Source of the DNA: Rotaria socialis
Taxonomy: Eukaryota
Length of the DNA: 45,989 nucleotides
Reading direction: 5' to 3'
NCBI GenBank assembly: GCA_905331295.1
Contig: CAJNYD010000077.1
Location: 62,001-107,989, forward strand
Of this stretch, positions 35,336 to 45,989 are shown in pieces. The number at the start of each line of letters is the position of its first letter. The first letter of the stretch is position 1. Made by a program: the position numbers and the translations under genes. The notes under the pieces were generated by a model that was not told where the DNA came from, ran no database searches, and saw only the letters and a list, made by a program, of their open reading frames with translations.

Positions 35336-37548
35336 TTATCGACTGCCACGTGATCGTGATTTTGTTCGTGCTCGCCGGTCTTTTGACCGAACCGGACTAT
35401 TTGATCTGGAGCGTGAACGAGAACGGCTGGATGAACGTTCTCGATGACGCGATGATCGACTACTTTCAGAACGACTTCGACTTCTAAAATGAATATGTTT
35501 AGATACAAAACCAAAAATAAAATGCAAAAAGATATTAACTTGTGATCATTTCTTGATGAATGGCCATTTTTCGTTTGTCTAGGACTTCGACTTTTACTAC
35601 GTGAACTAGACCTAGAAATAATTTTTATTGGTTATTTTTTTTTAATTAATAAAAACAAAAAGTAGAATCTATACATTTTTCTTTCGAACAATACAAGTCT
35701 TTCCTCCTTCGTTCCTTTTTTTTTCATGTCAAGAAGCACTGCATCAATCCTCTACTTTATATCGTGGATGACCATCAAATGCTGCAATCATATAGTGTAT
35801 ATAACAATTTATATTATTGATAAGAATCAATTTATGGCTTTATTCTCAGTAGATGGAACTCAATTACGATCACTGAAACCAAGATGTGATAGATTTCAAT
35901 GAATATTGGTATATACATTCATTATTCCACTTTTTGTACATGTTGATCATGTATGAACGTTAATTCATCTCAATTTCGTAAGAAAGAATCCCATCAACAT
36001 TCTCATTAAATAATAGAAATATTTTTATACAGTATTCTACTAATGTTCTATGCTTTCTATATTTCATTGGCACTCTAGTTTTAAATCCTACAGAATAGAT
36101 TTATTTTCGTATAACTCTCAAAATTTAAACTTAATCGATTTAATGAAATTTATAGAAGATGAAAATTATCTAATATCAAAAGGATTTTCAAAAGATAAAA
36201 TTATATTCGAATTCATATTTAGTAAGATCATTTTCCGCAAGTGAATTTCGTTAGCATATGAAAAATCTATATCTTTCTTCTTTTTAACATTTCTACGTTT
36301 AGATTTTTTTAAATTTTCTAACTCTTTCCACGAAAGATAATGTACTCTAGTTAATACAGAAAATAAACTCAAAGTAATACGAAAATCTAACATCAGCATT
36401 ATATTATCGATGCTTCTTTTTATTTTAACTATGCATGTAGGAGTGATCATCAAAAAAGAAATTAATAATTGATTGATTCTATGATACTACTATATTCGAG
36501 ATGAGAAAATAATATTTAGCTATCAGTCTACGACTTTTCATCGTATACACACCTTTAGCATTGATATTTTTTGCATGAAAGAAATCATATGAATATAATC
36601 GAGAATTTTTTTGTTTTTGATTCGGTTGTTTCATATAAATATCTGATAGTCTGACTACCAATCCAAAGAAGAATTCCATCGATATACATTTATCGATACC
36701 ATATAAAGATTTTTCTTTTCGACTTAGTCACATAAATCGCTCGCTCGTGTCAATCTCTGTTCATCAATGATGTATGTACGAACTAAAAACAGATATACTT
36801 TGCCGTTTCTTTTATTGAATTAATTTCTTAACCCAGTTAAATATTCAAATGAGAAATAAATAAATTTCAACATACTTCATGCGACGTTGGCGTCTTAGAC
36901 GAATTTCACAATCATAAGCATAATGACCGCGATCTTAAGTAAAAGAATTATTTTAAGATTTTTAGAAAACAAAAACTTTACCTCCACATTCATAACAAAC
37001 ATCATGTGGACTATACGGTTTTTTTGAACGAGGTGATCGACTACCAGAATGACGTCGAGTTCGACCACCACGATTTGATCGACCACGACCATGAGAAAAT
37101 TCAACACGAACACGTGAACCACATATCATTCTAAATCAAATGGAAAAAAAATCTATTTGAAAATCTGATTTTAATGTAACTTACTTTCCGTCAAGTGCTT
37201 TAACAGCATCCGCTGCATCACGTTGATCTTCGAAATCAATAAAACCTAGAGACAAAGTAAATTCTACTCAATTCCTTGGTCATCAATTAATTTACCATAA
37301 CCCCATGGACTACGTGAGAGCCTAATTTAGAAAAATAATATTTTAAAAATAAACAAACTATAAAATCAAAGATTTTTTACCAAACATTACGTAATTTTCC
37401 ATAGTAACTAAATGCTTTTTCCACTTCTTCTTTTGTTGCATCACGTGATAAATCTCCCAAAAAAACCTAAATATCTCATTGAATAACTTCATCTATCAGT
37501 TATTTTATTTCAAAATACCGTTATGGTTTCGTCTTGCCCACGTGACAT
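35336..37548 (-). CDS. SRSF7: SR splicing factor SRSF7/9G8-like (RRM + CCHC zinc knuckle + RS domain), 209 aa, 8 exons
   Basis: Exons 37548-37519, 37466-37381, 37321-37296, 37245-37185, 37130-36982, 36933-36876, 35611-35540 and 35483-35336 (630 nt). VFLGDL..AFSYYGKLRNVW..GYGFIDFEDQRDAADAVKALDGK..CGSRVRVE; CYECGDRGHYAYDC; RS-rich tail. Confidence 0.93.
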
Positions 37549-37601
37549 TTCTTCAATCGAATCAAATTAAATCTAAAAAATTTTATTTCAAATATTAAAA
37601 T

Positions 37602-37946
37602 TTATCTAACAAAACGTTTTCGAACTGGTAGGGCATATACAGGAGGCAGAACTTCATGACAAAAAACAAGCAAAAGACCGACAAGAAAAGTAACACAAAG
37701 AAATGTTAAAATAAGTATTCGAGCAAGACCAGCAGTACTAGATGGAGCCTGATTCGATTCTGCTGCACGGTTAACTTCACCACGTGGTAATAATGTTAAC
37801 ACAAGTGTAATTATGACAGCGATTACTAGAGACAGTAAACCAATATACCTAACACTTGACTGAGCAAATGTAAATAATGTTAATAATGCTACAGTAATAA
37901 CCCATATGACAATTAAAATAATTACACCTGTTCCTAAACTAGCCAT
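37602..37946 (-). CDS. TMEM218: Transmembrane protein 218 (ciliary transition-zone protein), intronless, 114 aa
   Basis: Three hydrophobic segments. LGTGVIILIVIW, AVIITLVLTLLPR, R.L.L.FL and VLPPVYALP match the recalled TMEM218 pattern (GVGAGVFILALLW, AVIITSVLLLFPR, VLEPIYAKP), and the length is similar. Confidence 0.88.
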   Translation of the reverse strand: MASLGTGVIILIVIWVITVALLTLFTFAQSSVRYIGLLSLVIAVIITLVLTLLPRGEVNRAAESNQAPSSTAGLARILILTFLCVTFLVGLLLVFCHEVLPPVYALPVRKRFVR

Positions 37947-38036
37947 CGTCAGTTCTTGTTTCGACGGACGGGTGATGTCTATTCTTTGTCTCTATCGATC
38001 GCTACTAATCTACCATTGTTATGATGACCTCCCCTT

Positions 38037-38051
38037 GTAACTAAGGATTAC
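38037..38051. promoter_or_regulatory. Possible degenerate X-box-like palindrome upstream of TMEM218
   Basis: GTAACTAAGGATTAC, about 90 nt upstream of the TMEM218 ATG; imperfect match. Confidence 0.2.
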
Positions 38052-39781
38052 AAAAATTATTTTCTTTTTAATTTCAAAAATTTATATGAGATTAGACCGA
38101 TGAAAATTTTTCGGTAAAAATACATTAATATCGTAACTGTAGTTATATATAAATATTAATAGAGATTTATGCGACATCTGCATTATCAGCTTATAACTTG
38201 ATTTTTTCTAGTACAATTTTTATATTACATTCAATTTAATAGATTTGTGAACTTGAAAATCATAATAATTCATTCGAAAATGTGAAGAATTCAATATTGA
38301 AAATTAAATTTCCGTGTGTTTGTTCCCGAGAGAATCTTATGAGTTTTCCTTGTGGAAAAATAAGATTTTCGGTTAGTATGAAAAAAACAAAATTATTTTT
38401 CTTTTCGATTTAAAATATGTGCATATACATTTCATTGTCTTTCATTTTACAACGAGTATTAAATTGACTGACTCTTCACATAATTATGTTAATAATAATC
38501 AATATAGATACTAAAAATTTAATTTCTCATAGAAATAAATGTTACGTTTGAATTATCTAAATTATATATTTGCAAGAAGAATATCAAAAATATGTAGAAA
38601 CACAACTACTAACACGAATGAACATAATAACAGATATTTTACTCAATCGAATTTAACTTAAAATTACAACGAACTGCAAAAGAACTATAGCAATTGACTA
38701 ATTGCTAAGTTCAAAATAATCTTTTCGATAGTTTTATTAAAAAAAAAACTTAAAAACAAGCGAAGAAAGTGAAAATTTCGAAATTTGACGAAAAACTTTC
38801 ATAGAAACAAGAATGAACAATTGATCAATGCTATATTGAACAGTCAATACTTTGCACTTTATCTATTTGTTAACACTTACGCATCGATGAAATTCATTTC
38901 TTGATGATTAATTTGAATTATTATCCCATGATTTTCTTTTTCGGCAAATCTTTCTCACCAAAAATAAAATGATACTTGTAAAGAGTCATTCGACGCTTGT
39001 CTTTTCAAAAAATAGTCATTTTACGATTTCTAAATTTTTCATATAAATGCTAATAAGAATAACTGCTTAAAATTTATATATTAAAGAAAGAGGTTTTTCG
39101 ATTATTTTTGATTCTAACATTATTTAACATAGTAGAATCGATTCATACAAAGATAAATTGTGACATGATTTCCTGTCACATACTACTCTTCGTAAAGTAT
39201 CAAACGCAATATAAATGACATGTAGAAGAAATTATTTTCGACAGTAAATAGAATCTAATGAAATCTTCATCCTATATATAAAACGTTGTCAATCGATAAA
39301 AGCAATTCTATGATATATTGAGTAGTTCAGAACAAATTGATTATTCTTTCTCAAAAATTATCTTTATAGCGCCCTAACAGCTTTTTGTCATCTAATCTTA
39401 TTAGCTATTCAAAGATGTGCTGTGAAATTTTCTACAGCAGTAGATAAAAACATTGGATTTGGAATATAAGTATGAAAATTCGAACAAATAAAATTGTGCA
39501 ATTTAATTAAATCTATGGTTTTTATTGACAAATTTATTCTTTCGCTTTATTTATTATTCACCGGCGTTTTAATATCACAATAAAAAAAAAGTTTTATTAG
39601 CTAGTTTTTAGTGTTTATTAATCTAAATTTTAATTATCATGGAAAATATCCTTACGTGATAATATAAATAGAATGAAATAATTGTTTCCATTCTTTAAAT
39701 TATGAAAAAAAGCACATGCTTTACGATCAGCAGTTCAGGAGCATTGAAGGGAACTCTGCTTATGCTGATCATATATATATA

Positions 39782-40531
39782 CAGTAAAACCTCTCTTGAG
39801 TGAACACCATGCAGACCATCCAAAATGTGTTCACTAAGGGAGATGTTCATTATAGGGAGGGTTTGTATTGGCTGACCTTATATATGTAGAAAACACATTT
39901 TTCAGATTCTTGATTTATGAATACGTATGTTATGTATAATAACTGAAGTAAGTATGCATTGATTAATTTGCTGTCTCATCTACTGTACAATTTATTTACT
40001 GTCAATTATTCTTGAAGAAGTGGCCCAGAAATAGGGATATTCTTGCTACGTTGTTCAACAAACCGTTCATAGACTTGTTGACTGATTTCATCTCTTAGAT
40101 TTCGCTTTTTCTTGAATTCTCGTTGTTTTCAAAATCTTCTATATATTTAGTCTTGCGTTTTTTGATTTTTAATACACTTACGATAGAGATTTTGTATTTT
40201 TTGACAAGTGCACGATATGAAACGTTGTTTTTATTTTCACGAATTAATTGTATTTTTTCAGATAAAGTCAACGTGTTTCGTGCCGTCATCTCACAATAAT
40301 GTATAAGAAAGCGAACAGTTCTGTCTATTGAGTAATTCTGGCGAAAGTGCACATTTGATAGCTTATATGTTCACTATGTATAGGTTACCTCTAGTAATGG
40401 AACCGAAAAAGTGTTCGATGTTCAGAGTAAGGAGGTGATCACTTTATAGAGGTTCACTCACAGCAACATTTGCTTGGGGAGACCAAAGCATGCGCTCAGA
40501 TTAGAGGTGTTCACTCACAGAGGTTTTACTC
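39782..40531 (-). mobile_element. Tigger/pogo (Tc1/mariner superfamily) internal-deletion derivative
   Basis: TIRs CAGTAAAACCTCTCTTGAGTGAACACC / GGTGTTCACTCACAGAGGTTTTACTC with TA flanks. Minus strand from ATG 40289: MTARNTLTLSEKIQLI..SYRALVKKYKIS (psq-type HTH), then after a frameshift VYERFVEQRSKNIPISGPLLQE* (CENP-B/Tc5 HTH). DDE domain absent. Confidence 0.92.
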
Positions 40532-41216
40532 TATATAGATATTAAGTTTATTTTCTTTTTTTTTGACAGAGAAATAAATGGTGTATCACACTCAAACTTT
40601 TAAATCTCAATATATTTTATCTGAACAAAATGAGTCGAATTTGAAGATATTGGGACTTAGTTTTAGAAGTTTCTATAGAAATTGAGTCATGCAATTTGAT
40701 TAAAACAGAGATTATCCTGCATTAATAACTAGAGGGATCTTAATTGAACAGAAAAACTTCCCAATTTGTTTTTATACCATTGGAAAAGCCCTAGACAAGA
40801 CAATACCGCATATTTTTATGCATATTTCAAATCAAATGTTTTAACATATTTTTACTGAGAAATGTATGATGCACCTTTTTATAACAAGATTGGAAAAGGT
40901 TCTTAAGATTGCACGAAGAAAAGAAATGATATATTTATTCTAGAACAACCGGCAGCTGAAAAGCCGCTAGAAAAATGTTGTTACCCATGAGAAAAACATT
41001 TATTTCTATTGAATTATTTTTCTAAAAACTATAAGCAGTAGATGTTTTTGTGTAGCCAAATGCAATTGTTTGTTTAGTTCATATTTTAGAGAAATACAAA
41101 GACGAGGATGAACTACGTTTTCCATTGAAATGGCATTTTCTAATTTCAATGCAACGATGGAAAATTCATTGAACTAGAGAAATTTGAAAACATAAGGATC
41201 ATATATGCATTGCTTC

Positions 41217-41449
41217 CAGTGGCGGAACCAGAGGGGGGGGGGCTAGCCGGCTCACCCCCCGCACCAAGCAAGATTTTAGAAAATGAATTTTTTTAAATAA
41301 ATAAGAAGTAATGTTTGCANTCCCAAAAAATCTAAAAAAAGCTTTCAAAATCCGAAAAAAACCCAGAAAAATTGTCAAAATTCCCAAAAAAAATCCAAAA
41401 TGACTTTCAAATTTTCAAACAATTCACGGAAATCTTGGCTCCGCCACTG
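41217..41449. mobile_element. hAT-type MITE (CAGTGGCGG TIR family); contains N at 41320
   Basis: TIRs CAGTGGCGGAACCA / TGGCTCCGCCACTG. Perfect 8-bp TSD ATTGCTTC (41209-41216, 41450-41457). Confidence 0.92.
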
Positions 41450-41933
41450 ATTGCTTCATCTAACCATGAATAATTGCTTCTATTGATTTTAATAGAAAAA
41501 GAAAAAAAAAGAAAATTTTTTTACAACTATTGTTACACATAATTCTATACTTCAATTTTCTTTCCTTTCTACATTCGTTCTTATAAATTAAATCAAAAGC
41601 ATTTCTCAAAACATTTTTAATTGCTATTTTGCAAAAATATTATAGGTTAGTATTAGTAATTATTTGCCAAAACGTTGGCTTGACTAAGAATAAATATGAA
41701 TGTCTATATTATTCGTTCGACAAAAATAATAATAATTATTATTATCACTTTTCTTTAAAAGTAGAATAATTTTTTCTTCAGAATATTACCAAATACTGAT
41801 TAGACGACACTTGAATGTCTATTGTTTACTTCTTTATAAATGAATTTTGACAATATTTAACAATTGTTCAATAATGTTCTCATTATTTTTACTTCAAATA
41901 TGTTGTGTTCTTCGTAAAATATGTACGTATCAC

Positions 41934-42187
41934 TGTGCCGATATTGATGGCACACTTCTATGTCTCTCCTTCCTCTTCCTTATGTTCTCTTTCCATTGTT
42001 ATAATATATCTCTTTTCTGTCTCTCTTCTATCTCTCTCCTATATATACGTGTTATATATAAAGTTGTTACACTCTGGATATGTGAAGAAGCGAATAAACA
42101 TCATTGCCGAGAGTGGCGCTAAGCTACTCCACCTCTATCCAGTTTGTCTTAATAGATCAACCAGCAAGGTCCATATTTATCGTTACA
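41934..42187 (+). mobile_element. Solo LTR (254 bp) of an LTR retrotransposon
   Basis: TG...CA ends with short imperfect IR TGTGCCGATA / TATCGTTACA. Perfect 5-bp TSD ATCAC (41929-41933, 42188-42192). CT-rich U3-like tract, TATA-like TATATATAAA near 42053, AATAAA near 42093. Confidence 0.85.
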
Positions 42188-42328
42188 ATCACTTGTTGAA
42201 CTATGTTTTTTAACCTAGTTGCTATTGCACTACTTATAGAATATTAGATAGCAAAATTGTCGTAGATCGAACGAGTATGGATTGGAGATGCTTTTACTTC
42301 TAGATGAGTTAATATGAACGAGAAACTG

Positions 42329-42616
42329 TCCAGGTCAATGATTCCGGAGGACGGATACTGTAGGAACCGGCCGGAAAGATGCGGAAAAATCACCGTATCT
42401 GGCGGGAAAGCACTGGAAACTGGAAGCACTATTCCAGTTGGAAGTTACCGGATTTTTTTCCTGTGGATTCCGGTCAGTTTTCTGTGTTTTACATCTGGAA
42501 GTTGATCGGAATCTACAGGAAAAAAATCCGGCAACTTCCAACTGGAATACTGCTTCCACTTTCCAGCGCTTTCCTGTGCTTTCCGGCCGTTTCCCGCTGT
42601 ACGTCCACGACCTGGG
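42329..42616. mobile_element. CCCAGG-family palindromic MITE with 2-bp TSD
   Basis: Ends TCCAGGTC / GACCTGGG with TG on both flanks. Long internal inverted repeat between 42421-42476 and 42503-42558. Confidence 0.82.
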
Positions 42617-44474
42617 TGTGAAGTTTAGGTGTCAATAAATCGATAAGCTTTTTCACTTTTGTTTTTTTACGCTTAAAATGAAAAAGTCAATTTGTCGTTC
42701 TTTTCTCTAATAGTATTCATCAATATTCGGTGTCTACGTTCTGTTTCCTTTTTTTACACCATGGATACAATGAAAAGTTTTATTTGTGATTTATTAAAAA
42801 ATGATGAAAATAACTAAGTAGAAGAAGTGATGGAGTATGTTTCTTTATGTAAAAGCTTTATATACAATTGTAAAGAATGTACTTTCAATTGTTTTTTGTG
42901 CTACTATTTTTCGTTGTCTTACAGATATTGCTTATCAGAAGAATATGTTGATTCAAAATATACTCAACTCAAGCTGTCACACAATGACATACTTCTACCT
43001 ATTCTTTAATCGATTGTGTGAGCAGAGCTAGTTGTTGATATTCAAAAAATGGAAATGATTTTTTCCCGGAAAGAGCATTTTTTTCTTAGTTATCTTCATT
43101 TATTTGTGAACAACAGTATTGTCAATTATTTTTTTCCCTTTTATGATATTCATAGTATTTCAATTAGAGCAGGTTGTTAGAGTAGAGCACAGCAATCTCA
43201 TTCATATAAGTGCCTTGAAATGAAGAAGATTAAAATCGCGTATTTTATTGTAGCTTTGCCATTATTGGAATAATACTTTTATAAATAACATAAACCGATT
43301 ACAATGATTCTTTCAGATAATTGTTTTTCATGAAATCACAACACTTTAAATCTGCAGCGTTGATTAATTTTGAAATCGGATAAGAAATGCTATAGTATTT
43401 CTTTGGAGTATTTTTATTAATCATATGATACAATAAACAAATTCTTTTTATTTGAAAAAATGGTTTGATTTAATAAGCAAACGCATGTTATTGACGGTAT
43501 ACTATATATTCGGTAAACTAAAATAAATTAAGTATAGATTAGCATATATTTTTGTTATTCGTAGCAGTAGTAAAATCATTCCAGATATGTGAAAATTAAA
43601 TTAATGAACATACAGCTTTAATAATCATAGATTATTTCTTATTGTTATCACTGACTTTTATTCAATTTTATTTTAAAAAAGAGAAACTATTGAATGCTCT
43701 GTGATATGCATTTAGATGTTTGTTTGCAAGCATAAAAACTATAATATACATGTGATATTTTCGATTAAAAAGATTCTGGCGCGTAGACTATGACATGATT
43801 TCGATATAGATTTTGAAGTTTAACCAAAGAAAATGTTTCTTAGTACGACTATAAGATATAAAACTAGAGTTAACTTGCACGGTTTTATTGAAAAATTAAT
43901 AAAAATGTTCTACTCTTATACATAAGACTATCAAGAGAAATAAATTTGTATATTTTTAATGCAATTAATATGATTGGTTAAATTGATTAGATTTATTTAG
44001 CAGTTGGTTTGCTTTTGAGATGAATGAACTTCTTTTAGAACTTGCCTTCCTTTGTGTTCCTATATGATTAAGTATAATCTAGTAATACTGTTTTGATGGT
44101 TCAGACACAACATTATCTATGTCACGATTTCTCATAAGAACATCTTATGAAGGTCAACAAGATGATCAACAACATAGAATTGTGAATCAATCAATCTTAT
44201 ATTGTCTTGTTTAGTTGACGATGAACAAATATATGGATGTAGGAGAAGAAAGATACTCTAGTATAATAAATCTAGAATGAAGTACGAATAATAGTAGAAA
44301 AAGACACAAACATCGTTGTCGCTAGTATTACTTACATTTCTTTTATTCTCTACTTTTCTCATTTTCTTTCATGCTTACAAGTAAGAACAGCTAAGAAGAA
44401 AAAAAACCTTGCTTTACTTCAGATAAATTGCTAGGAATGAATAAATGAAGGTAATTGACACTTAATTATACAAT

Positions 44475-45219
44475 ATGGCAGTGCTAGATTTACATTCAAC
44501 GGATTCTTTAATTCCTGAATTTGAATCTTTACCTCGTTGGTTACTTATCCCATTTATAATAATATCAATATTGGAAAGTATTATTGGTATTATTGGAAAT
44601 ATTCTTGTTATATTTATCATATTATTTTTGAGTAAATCAAATACACTACAAACATCACACAATTGTTTTATTATTAATTTAGCGTTGAGCGATTTTGTTT
44701 TATGTTTATTTACAATGCCTTTAAATACTTATCGAAGTTTGTATGTTTATATGTCATTTCCACCAGCCTTTTGTAAACTGGCAGATAGCTTTCCAGCTAT
44801 AAATATATGTGTATCATCATTAACTATTGTCACAATATCAGTCTATCGTTATTTAGTAGTATATTATCCACATAAAAATTTTATTGGAGTATGTTCAACA
44901 TGTATTATTATGATTTCTATATGGTTGTTAGCTATCGGTGCGGCAAGTCCACTATTTTTTTATTCAAGATCAATACCAGCTTATGATGAATCTTTGATTG
45001 ATACGATGGTTACAGATATTTGTAGTCAAGAATTAAATAGTTCATGTGAAGAAAAATATTTTAGTATGTACAAACGTTTACATATTTGTCATGAGTCATG
45101 GCCTAAGCATAGTGGATTACAACTTTCATACACAATATTTATGCTTTTTCTTCAATTTATTCTTCCGATTTTAATTATTTGTATTACTTATTATCAAATA
45201 GTGATCAAATTAAGAGAAC
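44475..45219 (+). CDS. Class A neuropeptide GPCR (NPY/NPF/sNPF/PrRP-receptor-like), first coding exon covering TM1-TM5; 3' part lies beyond the window
   Basis: GIIGNILV (TM1), FIINLALSDFVLCLFTMP (TM2), FCKL..VSSLTIVTISVYRY (TM3), IWLLAIGAASP (TM4), CHESWP (ECL2), LQFILP..CITYYQI (TM5). Donor GTAAGT at 45220. Confidence 0.9.
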
Positions 45220-45791
45220 GTAAGTAACAAAAAGAATACTTTTTTCCTAAGAAAACTTTATTCTAATGAAGAATAATTACTTGCTAGAAGAAAAGTTTTT
45301 TTAATTAAGAGATATTAGTGAATGGATTTAGAAGTGACGTACTACAAAACGCAAACGTGCAATTTACCCGTTTTTTATTAGAGCAAGTAAAAAAGATGAA
45401 AACAAGACAGATTTACATGACTTTTATATTCTAGAGAATAGCATCAAGATGCAAACAAGATAACCGTAGCTGTTTCGAGTTGATGATGAGGTTGATTGAC
45501 TCATTTTGAGATACTTCTGCATATCTCAGCCGACTGACAACGTTTCATTCATTTTTTTCTGGCAAATCTAGAAATAAAACAAAAAACTTTTCTTGTCATT
45601 CTCTCAAAATCTTATCAGTTGAAGCAAATTTCCAACCAGCTCGTTGATTTATCAAAATTTTCTTGTGACCCAAATCTTGTAGCTTTGTGAAACTCCTAAA
45701 AATAATCTTTGCTCTGTGTTATTATTACACATATTTAAAGTAACCAATATTCCAAAAGAATTTTAAAATAATAGTCGATAGAAAGATTTGC

Positions 45792-45989
45792 TTTTTTGTG
45801 TACTCAAAAAGTGAGTACACTCTAGAATCGGTCAGTGTGTCTGTCCGGCCGTAGGCACGATAACTTTTGAAAGGAGAGTCAGACCGTGATGAAATTTTCC
45901 ACACAGTTCAATCTCATGAATATCTCGGTCGAGTTCGAAGATGAGAAGAATCCCTCAAGAAATGGTTGAGTTATCGAAAAAATTGTCAT
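45792..45989 (+). mobile_element. DINE-1/HINE-like element, copy 2, in the GPCR intron; runs off the window
   Basis: T-tract, hairpin GTGTACTCA-AAAAG-TGAGTACAC (45798-45820), GTCTGTCC microsatellite, CACGATAACT. Colinear homology to 2316-2525. Confidence 0.75.

Noticed and set aside
36690..36770. C/D snoRNA in the SRSF7 intron (TGATGA on the minus strand)
   Set aside because: No CTGA D box or terminal stem at a suitable distance.
39725..39770. GATCAGCA...TGCTGATC hairpin next to the Tigger element
   Set aside because: Only an 8-bp stem, with no recognisable RNA-family boxes.
40575..40881. Degenerate Tc1-like MITE (AAATGGTGTATCACAC / GTATGATGCACCTTTT)
   Set aside because: The 13/16 IR is in AT-rich sequence with unclear ends, too decayed to call.
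42244..42638. Five overlapping ORFs with mirrored sequences on both strands
   Set aside because: Artefacts of the GC-richer palindromic MITE.
45432..45695. Exon-like minus-strand fragments in the GPCR intron
   Set aside because: Contain stops and no recognisable motif; cannot be distinguished from decayed repeat.

Overview
AT-rich eukaryotic (animal) genomic DNA with compact genes and mostly 48-65-nt GT-AG introns. Intron size, composition and gene content suggest a small invertebrate, most plausibly a bdelloid rotifer (inference, not proven). I could reconstruct eight genes by hand: EML5/6-like (+, 7523-19565, ~36 exons), an orphan 526-aa gene just behind it (+, 19684-21856), TMEM62 (-), a single-exon neuropeptide-precursor-like gene (+), a small 3xEGF type-I membrane protein (-), SRSF7/9G8-like (-), TMEM218 (-), and the first coding exon of an NPY/NPF-receptor-like GPCR (+, runs off the window). 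Intergenic DNA, especially 1-6.3 kb, 22.3-24.2 kb and 39.8-42.6 kb, holds non-autonomous transposons with readable TIRs and TSDs: hAT-type MITEs, CCCAG/2-bp-TSD elements, a Tigger/pogo deletion derivative, a solo LTR, two DINE-1/HINE-like copies and a decayed hAT-like transposase. The most interesting signals are: (i) two operon-like gene junctions (TMEM218>SRSF7, EML6>orphan) where a poly(A)-type hexamer sits 7-8 nt before a splice acceptor feeding the next ATG; (ii) a candidate poison exon in the one long SRSF7 intron; (iii) a candidate amidated ...PLWISRH-amide neuropeptide about 15 kb from a peptide GPCR whose DRY motif reads YRY. Single Ns at 2557 and 41320 mark probable assembly gaps.
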